NCBI GenBank assembly: GCA_965222155.1
Contig: CBDCTH010000012.1
Location: 1,472,001 to 1,536,000, forward strand
Direction: 5' to 3'
Length of the DNA stretch: 64,000 nt
From: Gammaproteobacteria bacterium
GTDB taxonomy: Bacteria > Pseudomonadota > Gammaproteobacteria > Eutrophobiales > Eutrophobiaceae
Shown here: piece after piece, positions 49,270 through 57,922 of the stretch
How the letters are laid out: every line of letters starts with the position of its first letter
Numbering within the stretch: the stretch's first letter is position 1
Program-made: the position numbers and the translations under genes
The notes under the pieces: generated by a model
Seen by the model: the letters and a program-made list of their open reading frames with translations, nothing else
Database searches by the model: none
Told to the model about the DNA's origin: nothing

Positions 49270-49422
49270 TTATTGATTCCTTGGCGCACTTCCTGCGGGC
49301 GCCGGTTGGGCGTCCACAAATCCGTCTGGAACGGATTTGAACAGTTGCGCGCAGCGAGACTGGCCCTGCAGGGGCAAAATACAGGACGTACTTTGTTAAT
49401 CTGCTCCAGGCAGATTTGTCCA
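49270..49422. repeat. Multi-hairpin element between convergent genes
   Basis: CAAATCCGTCTGGAACGGATTTG and AATCTGCTCCAGGCAGATT; related AATCCGCTCCAGGCGGATT at ~39568. Confidence 0.6.
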
Positions 49423-50862
49423 CTCCGGTGCAACCAGTCGGCGCCGGCCGTCAATAGATAATTTTACGCCCCGTTCATCCAGTTGCAGCCGGTCCCACAA
49501 CTGGCAGGTTACCTGTTTGTGTTTCTGGTCCAGTCCCTCACAGTAATTGGTGTATTCACATACCCTGACCTGGTCCCCCTTTCCCAGCTTGAGTTTCAAA
49601 AACCAGTCTGGATCCGCAAGACTTTGGCGCGCGGCGCCTATGATATCTGCCTTGCCTTTCTGCAGCAGGTCTTCTGCCTGCCGAAATCCGTGAATACCGC
49701 CGATAACAACCACCGGTGTGGCATGTCCTGCCTCATTAATCGCCGCTTTAATTTGCGCAACAGGCTCGATATTTCGACCGAAGGGGCCGAATTCATCGGA
49801 GATATAGCCAGGCATACATTCGTAACCGCTGCGCCCCGTATAAGGATAAGCGGCCCAACCGACCAGCGGCTTTTTGGCGTCATCGAATTTGCCGCCGCGG
49901 GACAGTGAAATAAAATCCATGCCGGCCCGGGCAAATTCAACAGCAAAATATCGGGCATCATCTACCGTATTGCCGTCTTCTATGCACTCGTCACTGAGGA
50001 AACGGCATCCGACACAATAATCATCGCCGACTACACTGCGTACATGATGGAATACCTCCAGGGGCAAACGCACCCTGTTTTCCCGGGAACCGCCATAGCC
50101 GTCCGGACGGCGGTTTGTCGCGGATAGAAATGAGGCCATCGTATAAGCGTGGGCATAATGTAACTCTACCCCATCGATACCCGCTTCCCGCGCGCGTCGG
50201 GCCGCCTGCGCAAACAGGTCCAGCAATACCTGCGGCAGATTTTTTACGTGAGGCAGGTGCATATCAGTGACCCGTTCCCGGTATCCCATACGCAAGGCTT
50301 CCAGCTCAGCATCAGTCAATACTTCATCCAGTTCCTCATCAGGCAAGCCGGCGAGATGCGTCCTGATGCGTTCCTCCGGCCAGTCATAGGCTGCCAGTCT
50401 CTCCCTGTGGTTATCGGTGACAGTCAGAAAACGGGAAAAGTATTTGGCCGGATCCGGGCGCCGTCGGATAGCGAGAAAATCGATCACCTGGATAAGCAAG
50501 CGGGTATGTCCGTTACTGGCGGCTTTCACCACCTGTGCCAGTTCTTTCAAACCCGGAATAAACCGGTCATCGCCGATTCGCAGTAAAGGCCCGCTGGGAA
50601 TATCGCGGATACCCGTGGCTTCAATGACAATAGCGCCAGGTTGCCCCCTGGCAAACCGTTCATACCAGTCCAGCACGTCATCGGTAACGAAACCGTCTTC
50701 GTTGGAACGCCAGGGCACCATTGCCGGCACCCAGGTGCGCTGCTCCAGGGTAAGCGGACCGAGATTCACGGGAGTAAACATCAGGGCAGAAGCGGCCTCA
50801 TCCGCACCGGGGCTTGCCCCGGGCTGCGGTTTATACTTAATTCTCTCTGCTGGTTTCCACAT
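49396..50862 (-). CDS. NADH:flavin oxidoreductase (Old Yellow Enzyme-like)
   Basis: PAMV, IVIEATG, DGVELHYAHAY, R.DGYGGS.ENR.R, ARQSLADPDW, Cys cluster. Confidence 0.88.
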   Translation of the reverse strand: MWKPAERIKYKPQPGASPGADEAASALMFTPVNLGPLTLEQRTWVPAMVPWRSNEDGFVTDDVLDWYERFARGQPGAIVIEATGIRDIPSGPLLRIGDDRFIPGLKELAQVVKAASNGHTRLLIQVIDFLAIRRRPDPAKYFSRFLTVTDNHRERLAAYDWPEERIRTHLAGLPDEELDEVLTDAELEALRMGYRERVTDMHLPHVKNLPQVLLDLFAQAARRAREAGIDGVELHYAHAYTMASFLSATNRRPDGYGGSRENRVRLPLEVFHHVRSVVGDDYCVGCRFLSDECIEDGNTVDDARYFAVEFARAGMDFISLSRGGKFDDAKKPLVGWAAYPYTGRSGYECMPGYISDEFGPFGRNIEPVAQIKAAINEAGHATPVVVIGGIHGFRQAEDLLQKGKADIIGAARQSLADPDWFLKLKLGKGDQVRVCEYTNYCEGLDQKHKQVTCQLWDRLQLDERGVKLSIDGRRRLVAPEWTNLPGAD

Positions 50863-50915
50863 AAACGGATGGTACTACTGCCGGTATATCAGGACAATCA
50901 TGTAGCAACAGGGCC

Positions 50916-51040
50916 AGCAGTTCCCGCTAACTCCCGGGATCGAGGGCATCCTGCCCTCGTGGAGGGCGAGACGCCCTCCCTCCCAGAGAACTTTATGGTC
51001 AGGGGAACCTGGGGGACAGATTTAAATCTGTCCCCCCTGT
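50916..51040 (+). repeat. Palindromic repeat family B, copy 2
   Basis: CAGCAGTTCCCGCTAAC + GAGGGC hairpins + GGGGACAGATTTAAATCTGTCCCC. Confidence 0.85.
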
Positions 51041-51088
51041 CTTGCCGACCCGTGCATGACTTTTTCACTTGACCACTACACTACAGAA

Positions 51089-52402
51089 TTATATATCATT
51101 CTCTTTAATCATATAATTTTTCCAGGCATCGAACTCGTGCCGGAAGACGATATCGCTGGTCCCCAGTGCCTGGGTGGTGCCGTTATCGTTGGCCTGGTCA
51201 CGGCCGTAATGACGGTGCTGGCTCACCCACTCGGACGCCTCCGTCTGCAGGCCGTGCTGAATACGGTGGTAGGCTTCGTAATCATCATGACCTGCTATGG
51301 AAAACGGAGAGAAGATCAACTGGTTGTAGAGTACCGAGGTATGCAGCATGTCATCCGATACGCCGCCGAGCTTGAATGTCCAGGTTTCCTGGATAGTCTT
51401 GTCCACGGCGATTGGGCGATAAACCCGGATCGTCTGCAACGCGCTCTTGAAAGCGATACTTGGATAGATGACCGTGTTCTGCCGTTGCATGGACAAAATC
51501 CGGTTGGTCTCCTCCTCACCGTATACTGCGACCATATCCTGCACATACTTTGATTCACGCGGGTAACCGATATGAATAGTGGCATTGCCTCCGGACCAGG
51601 TATGGCCGTTGCCGCAGGTTGTCATGGCTATGGTATCGAAAAACTCGTAGCTGGAGCCGAACGGTTCCAGCATGGCCAGAGGCAGGGGTTTTTCATTTTC
51701 CGGATATTGCCGGGCCAGTTGTTTTGCCGGTTGCCAGGCGGATTGGTGAGTGACGGCCGGATGCAGGTTGTCGGACACGTTTTCCAGCAGGATTTTCCAG
51801 TTGGCATCGTGCATATAACGCAATACGCCGCCGGTCATCTCAATCTCAGCTGTGGGTGATCTGTCAACAGCGTTATCAAATGAAGTAATGGCCGGGCCCA
51901 GCCAGCTTGTCAGGTCGGGCCCTTGTTGCGACTGGTTGGCAAAAATAAAACCGCGATATATCTCGACCCTGGCGACCTTGCGTATATTGCTCAGGTGATT
52001 ATCACGGGCAAATGTCGAGCCTTTATATCCTTCTTCCCTGGGAATATGAACCAGATTGCCGGCAGTATCGAACACGTAACCATGATATGCGCAGCGCAAT
52101 TGCTGTGCGTGGCCGCAAGCTTCGACAGCCAGTTGCGCGCCCTTATGGGCACAGCGGTTATACAGGATATGTACCTGGTTATCGTCGTGCCGGGTAACAA
52201 TGATCGGTTGCCTGCCGAGGGTGGTGGTAAAGTAATCTCCGGGAGATTTTACCTGGCTTTCGTGTCCGATATAGACCCAGGCATTGCCCCAGATGCGCTC
52301 CATTTCCAGCTCAAAGATGGCCGGGTCCGTATAAACACGCTTGTGTACCCGCGCAGGTTCGACCAGTGAGGCGATCTCCTGATTACTGATTGCTGCGCTC
52401 AT
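51089..52402 (-). CDS. Rieske non-heme iron ring-hydroxylating oxygenase, alpha subunit
   Basis: NRCAHKG...CAYHG Rieske motif; NWK..LEN..D.LH....H; probable ATG at 52402. Confidence 0.92.
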   Translation of the reverse strand: MSAAISNQEIASLVEPARVHKRVYTDPAIFELEMERIWGNAWVYIGHESQVKSPGDYFTTTLGRQPIIVTRHDDNQVHILYNRCAHKGAQLAVEACGHAQQLRCAYHGYVFDTAGNLVHIPREEGYKGSTFARDNHLSNIRKVARVEIYRGFIFANQSQQGPDLTSWLGPAITSFDNAVDRSPTAEIEMTGGVLRYMHDANWKILLENVSDNLHPAVTHQSAWQPAKQLARQYPENEKPLPLAMLEPFGSSYEFFDTIAMTTCGNGHTWSGGNATIHIGYPRESKYVQDMVAVYGEEETNRILSMQRQNTVIYPSIAFKSALQTIRVYRPIAVDKTIQETWTFKLGGVSDDMLHTSVLYNQLIFSPFSIAGHDDYEAYHRIQHGLQTEASEWVSQHRHYGRDQANDNGTTQALGTSDIVFRHEFDAWKNYMIKENDI

Positions 52403-52422
52403 GAGTGAAGCATACGGTCCGG

Positions 52423-52941
52423 CTACTTGACCGCCAGTCCCAGCAGTATGGTAGTGGTACAATGATAAACGTTATTGCTTGCGCCCATGCACCAGTTAAT
52501 GTCATTACTTTTGGATGGAAAATAATTCGGCAGGTCGCCCTCGTCGCGATTGCACATGCAGCGGTTGCAGGTACTTTTGCCGCAGCAGTCATTATAGGCA
52601 ATGATGTAATCACGCCCGTCCGCGGGGTTTTTGCATGTGCCTACCCAGGTCATCGGCGCCATTTCCGTCCCCGGCGGGCAACTGGTATGACTGCCGCCAC
52701 AACAGGTACACAGGAAACCGTCCATGCCGCAGTTGCGCCAGTATTCACATTTACCCGGATCGCCCTCGGGTCCTGATATCGAACCGTCGTCCGGTCCGGT
52801 GTTCGCCCTGGCAACGGGCAGTAAGGGAATCGCACCGGCGCCGACCAGTAACGTCCCGGCTTTTTGTAAAAAGCTCCGGCGTGAAGTATGGCGCGCCAGG
52901 GAGCGGGTTCTCTGTTGAAACCAGCGATCAAAAAGCTTCAT
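52423..52941 (-). CDS. mauA: TTQ amine dehydrogenase light chain (MauA/AauA-like)
   Basis: Tat signal SRRSFL; CEYWRNC, DGFLC.CCGG, CPPG, WVGTC, YNDCCG, INWC, YHCT. Confidence 0.92.
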   Translation of the reverse strand: MKLFDRWFQQRTRSLARHTSRRSFLQKAGTLLVGAGAIPLLPVARANTGPDDGSISGPEGDPGKCEYWRNCGMDGFLCTCCGGSHTSCPPGTEMAPMTWVGTCKNPADGRDYIIAYNDCCGKSTCNRCMCNRDEGDLPNYFPSKSNDINWCMGASNNVYHCTTTILLGLAVK

Positions 52942-53000
52942 TATTGTCTCTCATTATCATTGGTCATTGATAACTTGCAAAGGAATCGCTCAAGCCCTGT

Positions 53001-54245
53001 CTAAGGTAACGGCAGCGGCTGTATCAATGACGGCACTATTCCAAGTTCGTTAGCTGAGCGCAGGTACTTGCCGGAAGTTGCATCATAGATATCCAGACTG
53101 CTCAAATCCTCGGTGATGGTGTAAAGCAGAGGATTGTCATCCTGACTCACGGCAATTGCGGAACTGGCATGGTTGGTTTTGATCCTGCTGATCCGCTTAT
53201 GTGTTGCCAAATCGTAGGCCCAGATTTCCGTTCCCGGCGCTTCATAGGAAAAAAAGTCTCCCTGATGCAGCAAAATATAGAGGCGTTGTCCGGCGTTATG
53301 CAGGGTGACCGGCTGCATCCCGCCAATACGCCAGTTTGCCTCCCTTTGTTCCTCATCGAGGTACCACCAGGTATCGGCAAAAACCGGCCCGGCAGCGGAA
53401 ATATCCACCGGGTGAACCTTTCCCAGCACCGACATGAAATACCAGGTATCGCCATGGCGCACGCCGGTCTCCAGGATTGGATCTTCAAGTGCATTGAAAA
53501 AAGGCTCGCTTTTTTGAGCGCCGGCTTGTGTACCCTCGTCGGTAACATCAATCAGCAGCAGCGAACCATCACTGCAAAGCGCAAAAAAGCGCCGCTCGCC
53601 CGCGGCATAAGCCATCGTACAGCCGGGCGTGCTAATTTCACCGGCAAAGCGCCGCTGCTCAAGGTCAACGATACTCAGGGAGGCAGCCGGTGTCAGGTTG
53701 AAAACGGCCATGAACCGATCATCGTCGGTCAGCGCCGAATCCGCTAGTCTGGGTATGGTGGATGCGCGTTTGGCGGGGATTTCAATTTCAGCTACGAACG
53801 ATAATTTGAATGGGTCATAAATGCTGACGACGTCGGTCCGCTTACCTCGCGTTGTTCTCGCATAGTAGGTCTCAGCCGAATAGATTTCCCGGTAGTGGCC
53901 CGGTATATTCAGCGCATTAAAGGAATAACCGGTATTCAGCGCTCCCAGCAACCGGGCAGTATCACCGTCATACAGGTAGGCGCGCCCGTCCGGCATCGAA
54001 CTTGCCGCAAAATCAGCAATCCAGACCCAATGAGGATGTGGTGTTTCCGGTAACGCTGCAACCTTCCCGAACAGGTCTTTGGATAAGGGTTCCTTGCTGA
54101 CGTCTACGAATGTGTTGCTCTCGACGGATACGCTGGAAGATGAGGTTGGCTCATCCATCGGTTGTTCAGTGTCACAACCTGTCAGGAGAACGAGGAGAAA
54201 AATATAAAAACGTATTTTACTCCAGGGAACAGAAAATTTATTCAT
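53001..54245 (-). CDS. mauB: TTQ amine dehydrogenase heavy chain (MauB/AauB-like beta-propeller)
   Basis: ETYYARTTRGKRTDVV, N.TPA.S.SIVDL, TPGC, WR.GG.Q, GTEIW.YDL. Confidence 0.88.
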   Translation of the reverse strand: MNKFSVPWSKIRFYIFLLVLLTGCDTEQPMDEPTSSSSVSVESNTFVDVSKEPLSKDLFGKVAALPETPHPHWVWIADFAASSMPDGRAYLYDGDTARLLGALNTGYSFNALNIPGHYREIYSAETYYARTTRGKRTDVVSIYDPFKLSFVAEIEIPAKRASTIPRLADSALTDDDRFMAVFNLTPAASLSIVDLEQRRFAGEISTPGCTMAYAAGERRFFALCSDGSLLLIDVTDEGTQAGAQKSEPFFNALEDPILETGVRHGDTWYFMSVLGKVHPVDISAAGPVFADTWWYLDEEQREANWRIGGMQPVTLHNAGQRLYILLHQGDFFSYEAPGTEIWAYDLATHKRISRIKTNHASSAIAVSQDDNPLLYTITEDLSSLDIYDATSGKYLRSANELGIVPSLIQPLPLP

Positions 54246-54335
54246 TGGACATTTAAGCGTTTTATTACCGTACTGTTATCATGCATAAAATCAGTACAGT
54301 ATTCAAGGACTTTGTCTCAATTCTTCCAAAGGACA

Positions 54336-54797
54336 CAGGGCAACCGCATACTTTTGGATTCTGTTGCAGAAGACAAGAAACCAACGCCCGTCATGCTGGC
54401 GAATGCCAGCATCCAGTCAAACAACAGCGCAGGCTCAGGGTAATGAAGGGTTATTCACTGGATTCCGGCCTGCGCCAGAATGACGGAATCGGGCAAAAAC
54501 ATCTGAATCCAAACGTATGCGTTTGCCCAGCAGTTCCCGCTAGGCTCAGGGTAATGAAGGGTTACACTGGATTCCGGCCTGCGCCAGAATGACAGGGCAA
54601 CCGCATACTTTTGGATTCTGTTGCAGAAGACAGGAAACCAACCGGAAAACACCGCCCGTCATGCTGGCGAATGCCAGCATCCAGTCAAACAACAGCGCAG
54701 GCTCAGGGTAATGAAGGGTTATTCACTGGATTCCGGCCTGCGCCAGAATGACGGAATCGGGCAAAAACATCTGAATTCAAAGTATGCGTTTGCCCTG
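54336..54797. mobile_element. Composite/dimeric family-A MITE with 10-bp TSD
   Basis: Two units (54336-~54530 and 54593-54797) plus a partial, inverted relative to 29945-30150; CCAAAGGACA on both sides (54326-54335, 54798-54807). Confidence 0.92.
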
Positions 54798-54861
54798 CCA
54801 AAGGACATATAGATCAACAAAATTGTTGTCATAATTAGTATATGTATGGTATAAGTATATC

Positions 54862-55116
54862 ATGCACTTTGAATGGAATGAAAACAAGGCTGAAGTCAAC
54901 AAGGACAAACATCAAGGGGTGACATTTGATGAAGCGGTATCATGTTTCTATGACCCTGATCATAGTAATGATGAAGATCGGGAAATTCTTATCGGTCATT
55001 CTGAACAGGGGCGTTTGCTGACGATAAGCTATACGCTTCGAGATAACGTCATTCGCATTATCTCAGCACGTAAAGCCACTAATCATGAGGCAGAATATTA
55101 TGCGCGAAGAATATGA
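54862..55116 (+). CDS. brnT: BrnT family toxin
   Basis: FEW.E.K...N..KH.GV.F.EA, DHS..EDR, IRIISARKAT. Confidence 0.9.
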   Translation: MHFEWNENKAEVNKDKHQGVTFDEAVSCFYDPDHSNDEDREILIGHSEQGRLLTISYTLRDNVIRIISARKATNHEAEYYARRI

Positions 55117-55414
55117 TCTGAAAAAACTGAAAGTAAAGCGTCGTGGCCTGTTGCCGGAACTCCAGGATGAAAAAGGTAAACCAACAAAAGTCAGGATAAC
55201 GATATCTCTGGATCAAGAAATTGTGAACTACTTTAAGCAGTCTGCTGATGAGGCTGGTTCCTTACCCTATCAAACCCAGATAAACCAGGTATTGCGTAAG
55301 ACCATAGATAAAAGCCAACAGGATGATATTGAAACTGTAAAACTGGAATTGCTGAAAGACGCAGATTTTATACGCGCAGTTGCTGATCAAATCAGTATTG
55401 CGAACCACCGATAG
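55100..55414 (+). CDS. brnA: BrnA family antitoxin
   Basis: MREEYDL, KVRITISLD.EIVNYFK, YQTQINQVLR; overlaps the brnT end. Confidence 0.88.
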   Translation: MREEYDLKKLKVKRRGLLPELQDEKGKPTKVRITISLDQEIVNYFKQSADEAGSLPYQTQINQVLRKTIDKSQQDDIETVKLELLKDADFIRAVADQISIANHR

Positions 55415-55424
55415 GCACTGTCCC

Positions 55425-55512
55425 ATGTCCAACGAAATTACAAGCCAAAAGATTCAGGTTAAGAAAATCTTCAATGATCTCTGGTTTAGCATCCCAGAAT
55501 ACCAACGCCCCT
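55425..55512 (+). pseudogene. N-terminal stub of a DUF262 (GmrS-like) protein
   Basis: MSNEITS..IQVKKIF...FSIPEYQRP, then the similarity stops. Confidence 0.6.
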
Positions 55513-55597
55513 GTATTTCAGAGAGCGTGAACTTGCAGTTTTCAGCGAGGGAATCAAAAGCTGACCAGGGGTAGTTTGATTCTGCTCCGGTAGCGCA

Positions 55598-56422
55598 TCA
55601 TTCCGCAATGAGCAGGAAGTCTGCTATTGCCTGTGCCGTCTCAGCGGGACGCTCGATGGAGATAAAGTGACCACAGTTATCCAGCGTATCCAGCCTTGAA
55701 TTCGGAATCAGTCCGTGCAGGTCTGTCATGCCGAGCCCGCTCGGAGACGATTGCATTGGCGTCATGATATCTTCATCGGCGCCGAGCAGGAGAGTCGGCG
55801 CACGAATACGTGCGGCGTCGGCACTGACGTCCAGGTTTTCTATCAATGCGAGATCACGGAGAAACCCCATGGGGGTCATGCCCTGCAGCGCATAGACAAA
55901 CGCATCCACCGTATTGTCACTCTCAGGCCTGTCCCAGAAACCCCGTGAGAAACCCTGATGGCTGGTGATCAGGGCCAGTGCTTCCACTCCGGCTGCGGCA
56001 GCCATACGCCATGTTTTGAAGATAACATGGCTTGCTCGATCAAATTTCGCGAAAGAACAGCTGATAACCAGTCTGTCGATAAGCTCCGGGCGTTTGCCGG
56101 CAAGCACGATCGCGACACACCCACCCATCGATGTCCCGTGTACGTGGACGGGTCCGAGTTCAAGAGTCTCTATGAACTGGGCAACACTGTCGGCAAAACC
56201 GGTAACGGAGCGCTCGCCCGGTCCATATTCGGAGTCGCCATAGCCAGGCAGGTCGATATCATAGGTGTGCAGACGTTTGGAAAGATGGGGAGTTAACAGG
56301 TCAAAATTCCGGCGCCCGGTTCCCAATCCATGGATCTGGACGACGGCGCCTGGATTCCCGGAACCTGCCTCCCTGTATGAGATGGTCACGCCCGAGCCAA
56401 GCTTAATGCGAGCAACCTGCAT
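55598..56422 (-). CDS. Alpha/beta-fold hydrolase
   Basis: HG, DLPGYGDS, GTSMGG nucleophile elbow, G..D, GHF..IE.P. Confidence 0.9.
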   Translation of the reverse strand: MQVARIKLGSGVTISYREAGSGNPGAVVQIHGLGTGRRNFDLLTPHLSKRLHTYDIDLPGYGDSEYGPGERSVTGFADSVAQFIETLELGPVHVHGTSMGGCVAIVLAGKRPELIDRLVISCSFAKFDRASHVIFKTWRMAAAAGVEALALITSHQGFSRGFWDRPESDNTVDAFVYALQGMTPMGFLRDLALIENLDVSADAARIRAPTLLLGADEDIMTPMQSSPSGLGMTDLHGLIPNSRLDTLDNCGHFISIERPAETAQAIADFLLIAE

Positions 56423-56464
56423 CCGGTCGAGAAATCCTGTGACGGTTCAGGTCTTTTTCGGTAT

Positions 56465-57571
56465 TCACTTTGAGGCGCAGAGTCTTGCCACTCGCGGCAT
56501 GACTTCCTCGGCGAAACGCCGCATCTCCCGCTCAAACGGCTGAAACTCAAGCAGGATTATTTCAATGCCGGCATTATGGAAGGCGACGATGCGTCTCGCA
56601 ACTTCATCGTAGGAGCCGGTGAAACCACAACCTGTGCCATTGCCGACGCCGACTCCAGGCGCCTTGGCTATCACTTTGGAGGTTACAGCTTCCGGATCGG
56701 CATTCCTGGCCAGAACTGCATAGGCCTCATTGTCTTTTTCACGGAGTTCAAAGGCGTAAGCGAGCGCCTCCTCTGCCTCGGCCTGTGTCGGGCGTGCGAA
56801 GGGAAACGCCGACACCCCGTAGCCGAGTGGTGTACCGCTGCGCGGGCGTTTGCGCATGCGGGCAATCTTCCCGGCGACGTCTTCGAGCGGTTGCCCGAAC
56901 ATGAACCAGGTATCGCACAACTCGACGGTGAGATTGAGCGCCGCCTCGGACTCACCGCCCGAGTAAATCAATGGACGTGGCCGCCACTTCGAGGCAGGTT
57001 TAAACTGGTAACCATCCAGCTTGAAGTTATCGCCGTCGACGGTCACCCGATCACCTGACATGAGCTTCTTCACGACGCGCAGCCATTCGCCACCGTACAC
57101 ATAGCGCTCGTCGTGTGGCGGGAAAGGGATCCCTGCTTTGCGGAACTCAGGGAGGAACCACGCATTGACAAAATTGAGCGAAAAACGCCCCTGGCTGATC
57201 TCTTCAAGTTGCAACGCCATCTTCGCGAACACGGCCGGGTGGAACAAGTAAGGTTTGATTGCCGCGATGATTTCGATATTTTCTGTGAGCGCCGCGAGTG
57301 CACCACAGGCAGTCAAGGTCTCAAGTTGATCGAACTCATCCCCGAAAGGGTTGACGATGTGCTGGGCTACGAGCACGGAGTCGATGCCGAGAGCTTCCGC
57401 TTCGAGTACCAGATCCCGATTGCGTGTCCATGATGCGTCAACCGGATCTTCCGGATGCCGGAGTGATGCCGAAGTACCGTAGACAATCGCCCAGATCCCG
57501 AACCGGGGGCCGGTACGTTTCCTCGCCGAAGTCATAATCCACTTCTTCCTCGAAATATGCAAACTCGCCAA
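56465..57571 (-). CDS. Luciferase-like (LLM) flavin-dependent monooxygenase (start may be 57535)
   Basis: AEALG.DSVLVA, IAAIKP, AKM, SQGRF.LN.V.AW, P.IY.GGES, FAEEVMP. Confidence 0.88.
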   Translation of the reverse strand: MASLHISRKKWIMTSARKRTGPRFGIWAIVYGTSASLRHPEDPVDASWTRNRDLVLEAEALGIDSVLVAQHIVNPFGDEFDQLETLTACGALAALTENIEIIAAIKPYLFHPAVFAKMALQLEEISQGRFSLNFVNAWFLPEFRKAGIPFPPHDERYVYGGEWLRVVKKLMSGDRVTVDGDNFKLDGYQFKPASKWRPRPLIYSGGESEAALNLTVELCDTWFMFGQPLEDVAGKIARMRKRPRSGTPLGYGVSAFPFARPTQAEAEEALAYAFELREKDNEAYAVLARNADPEAVTSKVIAKAPGVGVGNGTGCGFTGSYDEVARRIVAFHNAGIEIILLEFQPFEREMRRFAEEVMPRVARLCASK

Positions 57572-57616
57572 GGGTACAAAATTTAAATAATTATAGCGAG
57601 GAAATGCAAGCCGAAA

Positions 57617-57796
57617 CAGCAGTTCCCGCTAACGCCCGGGGTCGAGGGCATCCTGCCCTCGTGGAGGGCGTCCCGCCCTCCCTCCCAAGGAAACATGCCC
57701 CCTTATGGTTAAAGTATGCCCGGGACTCCTGGGGGACAGATTTAAATCTGTCCCCCCCTGTCTTCTGTATTGACCTCGAGTTAGCGGGAGCACCTG
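57617..57796 (+). mobile_element. Family-B element, apparently complete copy with imperfect TIRs
   Basis: CAGCAGTTCCCGCTAAC ... GTTAGCGGGAGCACCTG enclosing nested hairpins; no exact TSD seen. Confidence 0.7.
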
Positions 57797-57922
57797 GAAC
57801 CAGGACAGAACCAGGACAGTACAGTTGTGATTACGCCCGGAACAGATTATCATTCCGTATCAACACAAGCACAACAGGGGGCGAACCCCGCTACCGTTGA
57901 GTATTGAACCGGGAGGCAATCT

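Noticed and set aside
49270-49422. Possible tRNA or other structured ncRNA
   Set aside because: No cloverleaf, T-loop or CCA end could be built; better explained as a palindromic repeat
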